The position numbers and the translations under genes are program-made. A DNA stretch of 64,000 bases from Carcharhinus longimanus. Taxonomy: Eukaryota. The stretch is from NCBI GenBank assembly GCA_030264375.1, contig JASCQW010000119.1, positions 8,606,137 through 8,670,136 of the forward strand, in the 5' to 3' direction. Shown in pieces: positions 27,690-39,377 of this stretch; positions within the stretch are counted from its first letter, which is position 1; every line of letters starts with the position of its first letter. Under the pieces are notes generated by a model, which did not search any database, was not told the DNA's origin, and was given only the letters and a program-made list of their open reading frames with translations.

Positions 27690-28750
27690 GTAACTGAAAT
27701 ATCATATACATCCAAATCCCTGCTCCAATTCCAAAGTTACACTGATATCATTTTGTGTGTGCAAATGGTTTCTTACCAACGCTGCTCAATATATGAAACA
27801 GTGTAAATTATTTTGCGAATAAAACTAATGCATCAGCAAATGAGAATTTCAACGGAAGAAGCGGCGAAAACATTATCAATCTGTGCCCAATGAAAAGGGA
27901 TGAGTTGTATGTACTTGCTGAAACACTGGACAATAAAAAAAAATGCCATATTACTCACAAGTTAATTTGCTTAGAGTGGGCATTTTATTATCTGTTGGCG
28001 TAATGTTACAGAGAAGTGCTGTGTCCTGTCGAATCCAGATCAATAGCCGTTCCGTTAGGGATGGTATAATTCATTTTCGTTGCCCATCGATGTTTGAATT
28101 TGTTGCCTAATGCACAACCACGATTTTTTGGATACTGACATAACAAATGGGTGTATAATTTGAAGGATGCGTATTTGAACATAAGGACAAAATAATAATG
28201 TCAATACAAGTAAGAAGAATGGCTATGTGTCGCTTTAGGCATCGATAAATAATTTATTCGTTGTCTGAAGGGAATGCATTGCTGAAGTTGCATTTACGTA
28301 TAATGATGTTTTCCGAGGCATCATCACTATCGTTAGTTGTCTTTATCTGTGAACTATTTAAAGGTCACTGAATTGAGGTTTCTGTTGCATTAATGACAAC
28401 ATAAAATAAACTTCTTCCCCATTTCATTCATTTGCGAATGCTGTGAACTGGGGTTGAAATATGCGCGTGATAAAAATGTTTTTTTTTTATGGCTGTTCTG
28501 TCATTTATGTCTCACCTGTACTTGCGCGTGAAAGTGAGTTGGTATTCTACCCTTAGCGTGCAAGAGAACGATTTGTGCAGGTAGAAGTAATATGAGTTGG
28601 CTAAACAGATAGATTGAAAACTGGATATTGCTATTCTGGTCCTAAAATCCATTTCAGAATTTAACACCAGAATCGCTGATATGATACTATTTTCACTGAT
28701 ATGATATCGGATTTCACATTTGAAGATTTATTTTCTTTTTCATATTCCAG

Positions 28751-28786
28751 AAAACCGCAAATTAAAGAAAGCCTTAGAAAACAAAT
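28751..28786 (+). CDS. 36-nt micro-exon, ENRKLKKALENK
   Basis: catattccag|AAAACCGCAAATTAAAGAAAGCCTTAGAAAACAAAT|gtaaga; close paralog of 61306 exon. Confidence 0.9.
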
Positions 28787-28875
28787 GTAAGAATCGTTTC
28801 CACTGAGATTTGTTTAACATATTGCAACTTTGTTGCATTTCATGGTATCCCGTTGCAAGTTGTGAAGATACTGCT

Positions 28876-28975
28876 NNNNNNNNNNNNNNNNNNNNNNNNN
28901 NNNNNNNNNNNNNNNNNNNNNNNNNNNNNNNNNNNNNNNNNNNNNNNNNNNNNNNNNNNNNNNNNNNNNNNNNNN
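28876..28975. other. Assembly gap (100 N); other gaps at 3211-3310, 3851-3950, 4879-4888, 46441-46498, 54949-54965
   Basis: Runs of n. Confidence 1.
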
Positions 28976-28984
28976 GTCATTGTC

Positions 28985-29548
28985 ATAAACAAACCATCTG
29001 GTTCCTTAATGTCCTTGAGGGAAGGACATCGTTACCTGTCTGGCCTACATGTGATTACAGATGCACAGCAATGTGGTTTACTCTTAAAAGCCCCCTGAAA
29101 TGTTGATCAAACTATAGAAACCATAGAAACATTACAGTCCAGAAGGAGGCTATTTGGCCCATTGAGTCTGCACCAACAATAATCCCAGCCCCTATCGCCA
29201 CAACCCCACACATTTACCCCTGCTAATCCCTCTAACCTACACATCACAAAACATTATGGGCAATCTAGCATAGCCAATCAACATAACCCACACATCTTTG
29301 TACTGTGGGAGGAAACCAGAGAACCTGGAGGAAACCCACACAGACATGGGGCGAATGTGCAAACTCCATACAGACAGTGACCCAAGCTGGGAATCAAACC
29401 CAGGTCCATGGAGCTATGAGGCAGCAGTGCTAACCTGCCTCATAGCTCCATGCTATCCCATGGTGGCTACTCGATTGAAGGGCAATTAGGTATGGGCAAT
29501 AAATGCTGGCCCAGCCAGTGACACCCACATCCCATGAATGAATAAAAA
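28985..29548 (+). mobile_element. LINE-type 3' UTR repeat with a nested minus-strand SINE (~29113-29435)
   Basis: gaagggcaattaggtatgggcaataaatgctggcccagccagtgacacccacatcccatgaatgaat tail; SINE gactgtggga-like core ggaggaaaccagagaacctggaggaaacccac. Confidence 0.8.
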
Positions 29549-30194
29549 GGGCATTTTTCCTTATTTTTACAAGCTTTTGCCTGCACGCACTTTGTGCCTT
29601 CTGTTCGACATGTTGATTGACCTTGCTCATTCTTTTCCAAGGCCATCCTTTCCCCACGAATAACTGCTCTGTTTTGCTACCAAAACATGGTCTGCCATGC
29701 TATTTGTACTAACTTTGGAAGAGTTATATCTTCCCTTGTTTGCAAAAGAATTGATAGGGTTTCATCTAAGTCTCCAACTATGATACAATTGCTATTAATT
29801 CAGCTTTGAGGAGCGAGACACACTCCTCTGAGGTGGTACAGGTCATTTATGAATGACTTCATCGATTCATCCATTTTTTGTTTCTTATTAAATTTTTGCT
29901 TTCTCACTGATCATATGTTTTCTAACATCAAACTATATGCATCGAATGCCTGGAGGACTTAATTGTATGAGCTTGACACCTCAACAATTCCCTGTCTTGC
30001 TCGTACACCACCCATGCTCATAAGATCGAGGATTGGAAGTAGACCCGTTAATCCCACTCGTGACTGATCTAATGTGGTAATCCCCAAATCCATTTCCCCT
30101 CTTTATCCCCATAACCCTTGATTTCCTTACTGATAAAAAATCTCTGTCTCAGCCTTGAACATACTTAATGACCCAGCTGCTACAGGTCTCTGTG

Positions 30195-31015
30195 ATTTGA
30201 TTTATTATTGTCACATGTATTTACAGTGAAAAATATTGTTTCTTGCATGCTATACAGACAAAGCATACCATTCAGAGTGCAGGGTGTGGTGTTACAGTCA
30301 CAGCCAGGATGTAGAGAAAGATCAACTTAAAGCAAGGTAAGTCCATTCAAAAGTCTGACAGCAGCAGGGAAGAAGCTGTTCTTGAGTGAGTTGGTACGTG
30401 ACGTCAGACTTTTGTATCTTTTTCCCAAAGGAAGAAGGTGAAAGAGAGAATGTTTGGGGAACGTGGAGTCCTTAATTATGCTGGCTGCTTTGCCGAGGTA
30501 GTGGGAAGTAGAGACAAAGTCAATGGATGGGATGTTGATTTGCGTGATAGATTGGGCTACATTCACGACCTTTTGTAGTTCCTTGTGGTCTTGGGCAGAG
30601 CAGGAGCCATACTAAGCTGTGATACAACCAGGAAGAATGCTTCCCATGGTGCATCTATAAAAGTTGGTGAGAGTCGTAGCTGACACGCCAAATTTTCTTT
30701 GTCTTCTGAGAAAGTAGAGACATTGGTGGGCTTTCTTAACTATAGTGTCGGCATGGGAGGACCAGGTCAGGTTTTTGGTGATCTGGACACCTAAAAACTT
30801 GAAGCTCTTGACCCTTTCTACTTCATTCCCATTAATGTAGACAGGGGCATGTTCTCCTTCCTGAAGTCAATGACAATCTCCTTCATTTTGTTAATACTGA
30901 GGGAGAGATAATTGTTGCTGCACCAGTTCACCAGATTCTTTATCTCATTCCTATACTGTGTCTCGTCATTGTTTGAGATCTGACCCACTACAGTGGTGTC
31001 AGCAGCAAACTTGAA
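30195..31015 (-). mobile_element. Rex1/Babar-like LINE 3' fragment, well preserved
   Basis: ORF 30327-30566 ASIIKD...HSLFHLLPLGKRYKSL..RT...KNSFFPAAVRLLN; agcagcaaactt (KFADD-like on minus strand) ~31000. Confidence 0.85.
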
Positions 31016-31029
31016 ATCTAAACTTCAAA

Positions 31030-31930
31030 AACTAGGAGCAGGAATGGGCCATTCAGCTCCTTGAACCTGCTGTGTCATTTAATACGATCATGGCTGACCT
31101 CATCTCAACTCCATTTCCTTGCCCATTCACCATTGCCCTTCAAATCCTTACTAATTAAAAATCTATCTCTCCTTAAATTTACTCAAAGTCCTGGCATCCA
31201 CCGTACTCTGGGGTAGTGAATTCCACAGACTCAAGACCTTTGAGAGAAATAATATCTCCTCATCTCTGTTTTAAATCTGCCACCCCTTATTCTAAAACTA
31301 TGACTAGATTGCCCCACAACAGGAAACATCCTCTCCACATCTACTTTGTCAATCCCCTTTATTATCTTGTGCATCTCAATTAACTCTCAATCTTCTAAAC
31401 TCCAGGGAGTATGGGTCTAAACTGCCCAATCTCTCTCTGTAAGACAGGCCCCTCATCCCTGGAATCAATCCAGTGAACCTCCTCTGAACTGCCTCCAACA
31501 CCACTACATCCCTCCTGATGTAAGGCGACATAAACTGCACACAATATTCTAGTGAAGTTTCACGAATGCTTTGTACAGTATCAGCAATACTTCATTACTT
31601 TTATACTCTATTCTATTAGCAATAAATGCTACGATTACATTTGCCTTCCTTATTACCTGCTGTACCTGCACATAGTTTTCTGTGAGTCATACACAAGGAC
31701 ACTCAGATCCCTCTGCACCAAAGTACTCTGAAGTTTCTCTGCATTTAGTTAATAATTTGCTTTGTATTTTTCCTACCAAAATGGATAATATCCATGTTAA
31801 ACTTCATCTGCCAAATTTTGTCCAATTACTTAACCTTGCCATATCTATTTGTTAATTTCTTATTTTCTTATTGCAACTTACTATCTCACCTATTTTAATG
31901 TCAACTGCGAATTTGGCTATGACACCTAAA
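31030..31930 (-). mobile_element. CR1 LINE 3' fragment
   Basis: taggagcaggaatgggcccattcagctccttgaacctgc tail; gtcaactgcgaattt (KFADD-like on minus strand) ~31900. Confidence 0.88.
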
Positions 31931-32912
31931 GCCCTTTATCTCTTTCTCTCTCTCTCCTCCTCAAAGCCACCTCTGAACACAGGACTTCAGTTGAACATAG
32001 TCCCAAAGATGTTTCATCAGCTGATCTCTCTCCTCCATCATTGCTCCACCTCATGACACATGACCTTGCTGCAGCCAATAAGCAGGCAGACAAACTCTGC
32101 ATCACCTGACTGGGGGAGAGGGTGGAGATCAGGATGTTGAATTCATTGATCAGCCATGATCAAAACGAATGGTGCAGCAGGCTTGAAGGTCCGAATGGCC
32201 TCCTCCATCGAGTTTCTATGTAAAAGTAACCAATAAGCAAAAGTGTCCAAGGAAAATATGCAAGGAAATTCCCAATGAGTTTGCACCAGGTTGGTTTGAG
32301 GCAGCATTGTAGATGTTAATTCTCAATTCCTGGAGATTCCAGGGATAACCTTGGATAACCCAGCTTGTCTGACCATCCTGTCCCAGTGTCGCCTTCATTG
32401 GCTCGCTGCGCATTTACTGCTTGATGTGTCTCTGCCAATCGCCCTGGGATATTTTTTTCTCCATTAAAGACACAACATAAACAGTGAGTTGCTGTTACAG
32501 TTATTTCCTTCTGCAACACCAACTACCCCGAGGAAACGCAGTTTATTATTAACACATTTTTTTTTGCCGTGGTCTCAACCAAGAGGTTAAAAGCGTTAAG
32601 GAAAGTAAAGATTTCAATTTCCTTCTTATATTGAAAGCCCCTCTGCAGGTGGCTGATGTAATTTGTGGAGTCGTATTGGTGCAAATTATTATTTCTTTTG
32701 ACAGCATGTGTGATATTTGCATAAAATGAAGAGAGACAAACGAACCCATCGTGCTGTCACACTCCAGTCCTGAATTACATCCAAAATGAGAGGAGGGGAA
32801 ATTCAATTTGGCAACATGATCAGCATTTCATTATTGCTCTGGGTGCATGGGCCTACATGCTCAGTACCGTCTCTTTCTCCCAGTGTCCTACACCCAGCTG
32901 TCACATTACTGT

Positions 32913-33115
32913 GGCATAGTGGAACGGTGGCACACTGGTTAGCATTGCCGCCTCACAGTGGCAGTGACCTGGCTTGGCTCACTGTCTGTGTGGAGTCTGC
33001 ACATTCTCCCCGTGTCTGTGTGGGTTTCCTCCGTGTGCTCCAGTTTCCTCCCACAGCCTGTAAGATGTGCTGGTGAGGTGCATTGGCCAAGCTAAATTCT
33101 CCCTCAGTGTTCCCA
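32913..33115 (+). mobile_element. Shark tRNA-derived SINE
   Basis: acggtggcacactggttagcattgccgcctcacag...gtggagtctgcacattctccccgtgtctg. Confidence 0.9.
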
Positions 33116-33139
33116 AATTTCCGGAAGGAAATTTGGCAT

Positions 33140-33680
33140 GTCAGCTGTGTCTCTCACCAATGTTTATAGATGCACCATAGAAAGCATTCTTTCTGGTTGT
33201 ATCACAACTTGGTATGGGCTCCTGCTCTGCCCAAAACCACAAGGAACTACAAAAGGTCGTGAATGTAGCCCAATGCATCACGCAAACCAGTCTCCCATCC
33301 ATTGACTCTGTCTACACTTCCTGCTGCCTCGGCAAAACAGCCAGCATAATTAAGGATCCCACGCACCCCGGACATTCTGTTTTCCACCTTCTTTCGTCGA
33401 GAAAAAGATCCAAAAGTCTGAGGTCACTTACCAACTGACTCAAGAACAACTTTTTCCCTGCTGCTGTCAGACTTTTGAATGGACTTACCTTGTATTAAGT
33501 TGATATTTCTCTACACCCTAGCTATGACTGCAATACCACATTCTGCACTCTCTCCTTTCCTTCTCTATGAATGGTATGCTTTGTCTGTATAGTGTGCAAG
33601 AAACAATACTTTTCACTGGATACTAATACATGTGACAATAAATCAAATCAAATCAATTTAAATTAAATCAAATCAAATCA
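33140..33680 (+). mobile_element. Rex1/Babar-like LINE 3' end with (TCAAA)n tail
   Basis: ORF 33214-33438 SIIKDPTHPGHSVFHLL; aataaatcaaatcaaatc tail; reverse-complement match to 30195-30690. Confidence 0.88.
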
Positions 33681-34625
33681 ACACCAACCATCCCCTTCAT
33701 GGGCCCCCCTCTAAGAGCCCCTCACTTCATGCTCCCCTTACAACTGCTCCCTCCTGCCTCAGCCCCCTCATTAACCACCCTCTCAGGCTCCACCTGCCTC
33801 ATTCTCCTCCCCTCATGCTCCACCTCCTCATGCCTCAGCCCCCTTGGCACTGTCGCTGCCACTGGCAGTGCCCACTTGGGATGCCCACCTGGCAGTGTCA
33901 ACCTGACAACGCCCAGTTGCTAGTCAGCACTGCCAGTTGGGCAATGCCCAGCCATGATCCTGACCACCAGGGGGGCTCCAGTGGCCTCCAACTTGTGTGG
34001 CCTGGTCTCCATTTGTGGAGATCAATAGTGATTCTCACTGGGTTACTGCTGTGCCTGAGGGTCAGTAAATCCTAGGAGCAGGGAATATCTGGCCTCAAAT
34101 GGACTCTGCGTATTTAAATCTGATTTAAATATGCTGATCTGGTTCCTGCCCTTACTGAGAGTATCAGATTATGTTTGGGAGCGGAGGATGGGAAGATGCC
34201 AATAAAATTTCGCACCTATTAAACCCCTCACTCAAGTCCTGCTCTGCTCTAACAAGTTCCACAACATGGTTGGAAACTTACCCCTTGGTAAGGAATGACT
34301 TTAACATCTTCATTAATATGCTTAAGTTACTTTGTTGGGTGTGAGGGTGTGAACAGAACTGAGTGGTTTGAAATTCCTCTACACATGCCATGCTATTGAT
34401 TTCTAAATGTGGATTTGTAGATTTCACTGTATGGCTTAAGGAATTAGACATCAAATTGAGATGTCTTTACTGAGCGGCAATGTTCTTGTTTCTTCCTCCT
34501 TGACCGAACCATACCTCTGTTTGTTTGTCCTCTGTCGATTAATCATTTGTGTCATTATTTCCACTATCTCATAGATGACGTGCCAGATTAAACACTGCGA
34601 CACTGAGCCCAAAGGCTGATAACAG

Positions 34626-34896
34626 AGGCGGTATGGTGGCACAGTGGTTAGCACTGCTGCCTCACAGCACCAGGGACTCAGGTTCAATTCCTGGCTTGGG
34701 TCAGTGTCTGTGTGGAGTTTGCATGTTCTCCCCATGTCTATGGGGGTTTCCTCCCACAGTCTGAAAGGTGTGCTAGTTAGGTGCATTGACCTGGACAGGT
34801 GCCGAATCGTGGTGCCTAGGGGAATTTCACAGCAACTCCATTTCAGTGTTAATGTAAACCTTACTTGTGACTAATAAATAAATAAACTTTAACTTT
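34626..34896 (+). mobile_element. Shark tRNA-derived SINE, near complete
   Basis: ggtggcacagtggttagcactgctgcc (A-box), ggttcaattcc (B-box), cttgtgactaataaataaataaacttt tail. Confidence 0.92.
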
Positions 34897-35597
34897 ACAT
34901 TTCTCCACATCAATTGAGAGGAGGCTGGAGAAGGGGGTCACATTATAACTCAGGGGGCTGGTTTTACAAAGCTTTTAGTTGCTGGTTACAAAATAATGTT
35001 TATACAGGATCTAGTTACAGGGCTGACTGGTGGTCCAGAACACAGGGAACCATCCAGCACAAGACCACAAGAAACTATAAAAGGTTGTGAACAAAGCCCA
35101 GTCCTTCACGCAAACCAGCCTCCCATCCATTGACTCTGTCCACACTTCCTTGAAAAGCAGCCAGCATAATCAAAGAGAAACAACAAAGAACAATGCAGCA
35201 CAGGGACAGGCCCTTCGGCCCACCAAGTCTGCGCTGACACAGATGTCTTTCTAATCTAATATTTTCTTGCTTCTGTGTGGTCCATATTCCTCTATTTTCT
35301 GCCTATTCATGTATCTTTCCGCTATTTTGGTGGTGAATTTGACTTTTTTTAAGATGATGGTGGTAATACTGACACCGAAACAGAAGATTTGCTTTGATAC
35401 ATGTACCTTGCAGCATCATTTCAGGATCTCTGAGTACTGCGTCAATTTCATAACTTGCATTTATACAGCACCCTTAATGGAGCAAGAATGCCCTAAGGTG
35501 ATTCACAGGAGAAGAATCAAAAATGGATACCAAACCAAAGATAGAGACATAACAGCAAGCAACTACAAGCTTTTTCAAAAAGAGAGTTTTAAGGAGT

Positions 35598-35830
35598 GTC
35601 ACAAGTAGGCTTTAACATTGCAATGAAGTTACTGTGAAAATCCCCTTGTCGCCTCACTCTGGTAAATGCACCTAACCAGCATGATTTTTCAACAGTGGGA
35701 GGAAACTGGAGCACCCAGAGGGAACCCATACAGACATGGGGAGAATGTGCAGATTCTGCACAAGCTGTGAATTGAACCTGGGTCCCTGGCAATCTGAGGC
35801 AGCACTGCTAACCACTGTGCCACCAAGCCA
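35598..35830 (-). mobile_element. Shark tRNA-derived SINE
   Basis: Reverse complement of the 34626 family (gtcacaagtaggc...gctaaccactgtgccacc). Confidence 0.92.
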
Positions 35831-36880
35831 CCTTCTTAAAGGACAGCATTCAATACCAAAGGGGGGCTGGGGGCTGGGTGGACCAAGGACAAACTGTGAG
35901 GTCACAGGCTTGTTACATCCCCTTCAAATTGCCTGGAATTCTAGACAATCCTGATTTTCTTGACAAACTCAAATGTCAAAGTAATGCAGTCTGCCTGCCG
36001 CCTTCTGATAGTAGATTAGAAAGTCATCTTCAAGTGCTGTAGTTTCAGTAGTTTCTTTGTCTGACTGTCAAAAGAATTTTGCAACAATGTCAGTATTTTA
36101 GCCTACCTGACTGATGCATTGATCTCCCATTTAATATATTCCATTGCCGTCAGTCTCCCTTCACTTTCCATTGGGGATGGTATGTGTTGTTAGCAACAAA
36201 GATTTAAGGGTAGGCAGAGACCATTCTATTTTCTTTATTTGCAAGCTGCCTTGTGACAGGCGTGAAGTGGAAGTCAAGGATCAGTCATTTGTGTTGGAAC
36301 AATGATATCACTGCCACTTGACAAAGTGATTGCTCCATCATTATGAAGCTGAATGTATAACTAAGCACTTGTGGACTGCAGGAGCTAAAAGTGAAATGGA
36401 CAATGCTACAGTGGGACCGAAATGATTCTGAGCAAAAGATTCTGTAAAGCAATGGTACAATTTGAATACCATCTTGCTTGTAATTGATCTGCAAACATAA
36501 ACCCTTCTCGGATGCAAATAAATAAAGCATGTCATAAATATAAGAAATGTAAAGAATTTCACACATTTCTGGAAGTTATATTTGAAGATTAAATATCTAA
36601 TTCCATCCGAAAAAATACACAATTGGATAATAGATATATTTTATCGACAGATCTCGTTCAAATTATTTCAAGGAATTTAATTCCATCACGCACATATTTG
36701 AACAGGTGGCACAGTATTTTATTTTGCGTACACAGTTATATTCCGTCCAGAATACTTGCATAAAACATTGCTGTCAATGAATATCAACTTAATTATTTCT
36801 CGGAATTACATGTTCATAATTCCAAATATATTGAACCGTAGCCCGCATTCACTACATCGAGAATTTTATTCACCGATTAG

Positions 36881-36907
36881 GTCCTGGAAAATTCTTTGAC
36901 AGTTATG
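36881..36907 (+). CDS. 27-nt micro-exon, CPGKFFDSY
   Basis: ttcaccgattag|GTCCTGGAAAATTCTTTGACAGTTATG|gtgagt; junction T+GT forms Cys. Confidence 0.8.
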
Positions 36908-36969
36908 GTGAGTAATGCATACATTCCGCGGTTACAAGATCGTAGATCTAGCCTAGAGCATGGAGAACG

Positions 36970-37245
36970 TTTTTGCCTTGGAGCGCCTTGGAACAGGTTC
37001 AATTTCAATCTTGGGTGACAGTCTGTCCACAGTCTGAACGTTCTCCCTGGCTGTGGGTAGGTTTCCTCTGGCTTCTCTGGTTCCCTCCCACGATCCGAAA
37101 TACGTGTTGTGTGACGTATTTAATGAATTAATTTCCCTACCGTATGCACATGCAGGCACTGGTGTGTGATGACCAGAGATTATTTCGCAATAAATTCGTT
37201 GCAGTGTTGATGTAAGCTCACTCGTATCATTAATAAATAAACTAA
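36970..37245 (+). mobile_element. Decayed shark SINE
   Basis: agtctgaacgttctccctggctgtgggtaggtttcctctgg core; ttgcagtgttgatgtaagc...taataaataa tail. Confidence 0.75.
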
Positions 37246-37684
37246 AGAAAAAAAACTGGATCATAACAAAAGTGCCTTGGAAATCTGCAAATGAACCAAC
37301 AGTTCGGCTGTGCTTTAAGAAATAAACATCTTGGATGTGCGCACAAAACATCATGTGTTTGTGGACGTTTTCTTACGCAGTATTTCCATTTATCGATGAA
37401 GGCTCGTTTACTGAAGCGAACTCTACAGGGGCTCTGACCTGTGTTCCAACAAATCTGAGATGATCAGAACTGAATGTTGCGTCTGACTGTCGAAGTGCAA
37501 TGACACTGATACATTGCTCCCCATAATGTGACAAGCATTACTTTCAATAATAATTTAACCCGCATATTTCTAACTCTGGTTCGCAGTGTTGCACTTAGTG
37601 TAGACAATAAGAGAAATCATTTGATCTAAATTTAATTGGCATTTTACATTGTCCTACTTTGGTGCAACATTTCCCCCCTCACAG

Positions 37685-37711
37685 ACAAAGAGCTTAAGTC
37701 ACGTGAAAAAG
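37685..37711 (+). CDS. 27-nt micro-exon, DKELKSREK
   Basis: ttcccccctcacag|ACAAAGAGCTTAAGTCACGTGAAAAAG|gtacaa. Confidence 0.8.
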
Positions 37712-39341
37712 GTACAATTTCTCCTTTGAATCCTGATAAGTGAGACTGACGTTTCCATATAAAAAAATGTAAAAATGCATTTTAGTGAAATTGAATTGAC
37801 GAGGAATGAAACCCTTCAGAACATGAAAAAAAAATGCTGAAATTGAGCATCAAGGAGGCCTAAGGTATGCGCTTACAAAATGAATAAAGAGACTAGCTCA
37901 GGACAAGAAACAAGGATAGGCACTTGGACAATTTGGCTCAGGTATAACTTTGATACTATGTGCAGGTCAGGGATTGTCGTCCTATTTGCATAATTTAGTT
38001 CTTTTTTTAAGTATAGTTAAAGTATTTAGGTAATACATAAATTATTGCAGGTTTACGTCCAGCAGGAAAATATGTATTTGACCTTTATGAAGACTAGTTA
38101 CTCTTTTGCTTTATGCTTCAAACGTATTATTTTGTTTCCTGTGAAAATGATGATGCAAAGAAAAAACGTTTAGTAAAACTAAAATATGGATATCAATTCA
38201 GCCAGGTGCTTCTGGCATATTCGCAAAAGTGGGGACTCACTGAAAAAAAAACAACGAATACCCACGTCTGTATCAACCCATATCAATTGGAACGCCGATG
38301 TAGTAACTACTGGGATCGATTTTCTGTACGCCCAATTTCGCCATTGCGATATGCAGTCAGTGAAGTGCAATACGTCTCTTGGAATATGGGAAACAAGGTA
38401 GCCAATTTGCACGTCTTGCAAGCAGCACGATGAGTAATAACAGATGTTATTTACTTAGTGATATCGATTGTATGACCAAAATATTTTATGCATCATGAGT
38501 CATTCATCTGCATCATTGCAACAGATTGAATTCATATATTTTGAATGAACATTGGAGAGGGGGTTCTCATTGCCTCTTTTGCTGTTTCATTAGCAGCACT
38601 GAGCTTGAGAGTTATCATTAGTACCACAGAATGTGATAGACCCTGATGAGATTCTGATTTTCTTCAACTCAGCGTTTTGTTTGCACATCGGTGCCGTCTC
38701 TGCGCGTTGTCCAGCCGATCCAATTTCACTGCACAGTCAAAAGTTCTGCTGTTTACCTGCACTTATCCGAGGAACAAATGTTTTCATCTGCAACGTTGTG
38801 TAGTCTTGGATTTATTATGGTAAATGTTTGGGCTTAAGGGGATATGCCGGAAGGCAGGGCTGGGTGCAATGCCCGTTCTGCGTTTCGACGCAGACGTAAT
38901 GGACCGGGTGTGGTGGTGCATTGCCAACTTCCCAAAACATGCAAAGTCAACGTATTGCCTCGCATTTCAAACAGAGTTTAACATTTTATTTTCAAGTAAT
39001 ATGCTTCGACAGTGTTAACATTTAGATATATCATTTGATTCGCCATATTGGTCCCAGTCTCTAATGGTACTGCAAAAAAAAAAGGATCCTCGCAAAGAAA
39101 CTCACCATGCCCTTGCGATTTCTTTGAAGGATACGATTTGGAATCAGGTGGTGAATTCCATTTTTTTTTCACATTCTGCGTTTGGAGGAAGCTTTATTTA
39201 AAGGGGCACAATGTAATAATAATTAAGCGTGCAAATAGAGGAAGAATATGTTACCCCTTACTTCGGCTGATCTTTCAAGATGTAACTTTCGTTTCTAACC
39301 TTCGCAAGTTCATGTAAGCCAACTTTTATTTCTGTATTCAG

Positions 39342-39377
39342 AGCTAAACGACACGAAAAATACTCTCAAGGAAACAG
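39342..39377 (+). CDS. 36-nt micro-exon, ELNDTKNTLKET
   Basis: tttctgtattcag|AGCTAAACGACACGAAAAATACTCTCAAGGAAACAG|gtgaac. Confidence 0.8.

Noticed and set aside
28507-28533. 27 nt ending GTGAAA|gtgagt like the 44521 exon
   Set aside because: No AG acceptor; at most a dead exon.
33680-34260. C-rich stretch with ORFs 33699 and 33815
   Set aside because: Low complexity, probably an unclassified interspersed repeat; no splice or coding support.
34630-34700. tRNA-like A/B boxes
   Set aside because: SINE heads, not tRNA genes.
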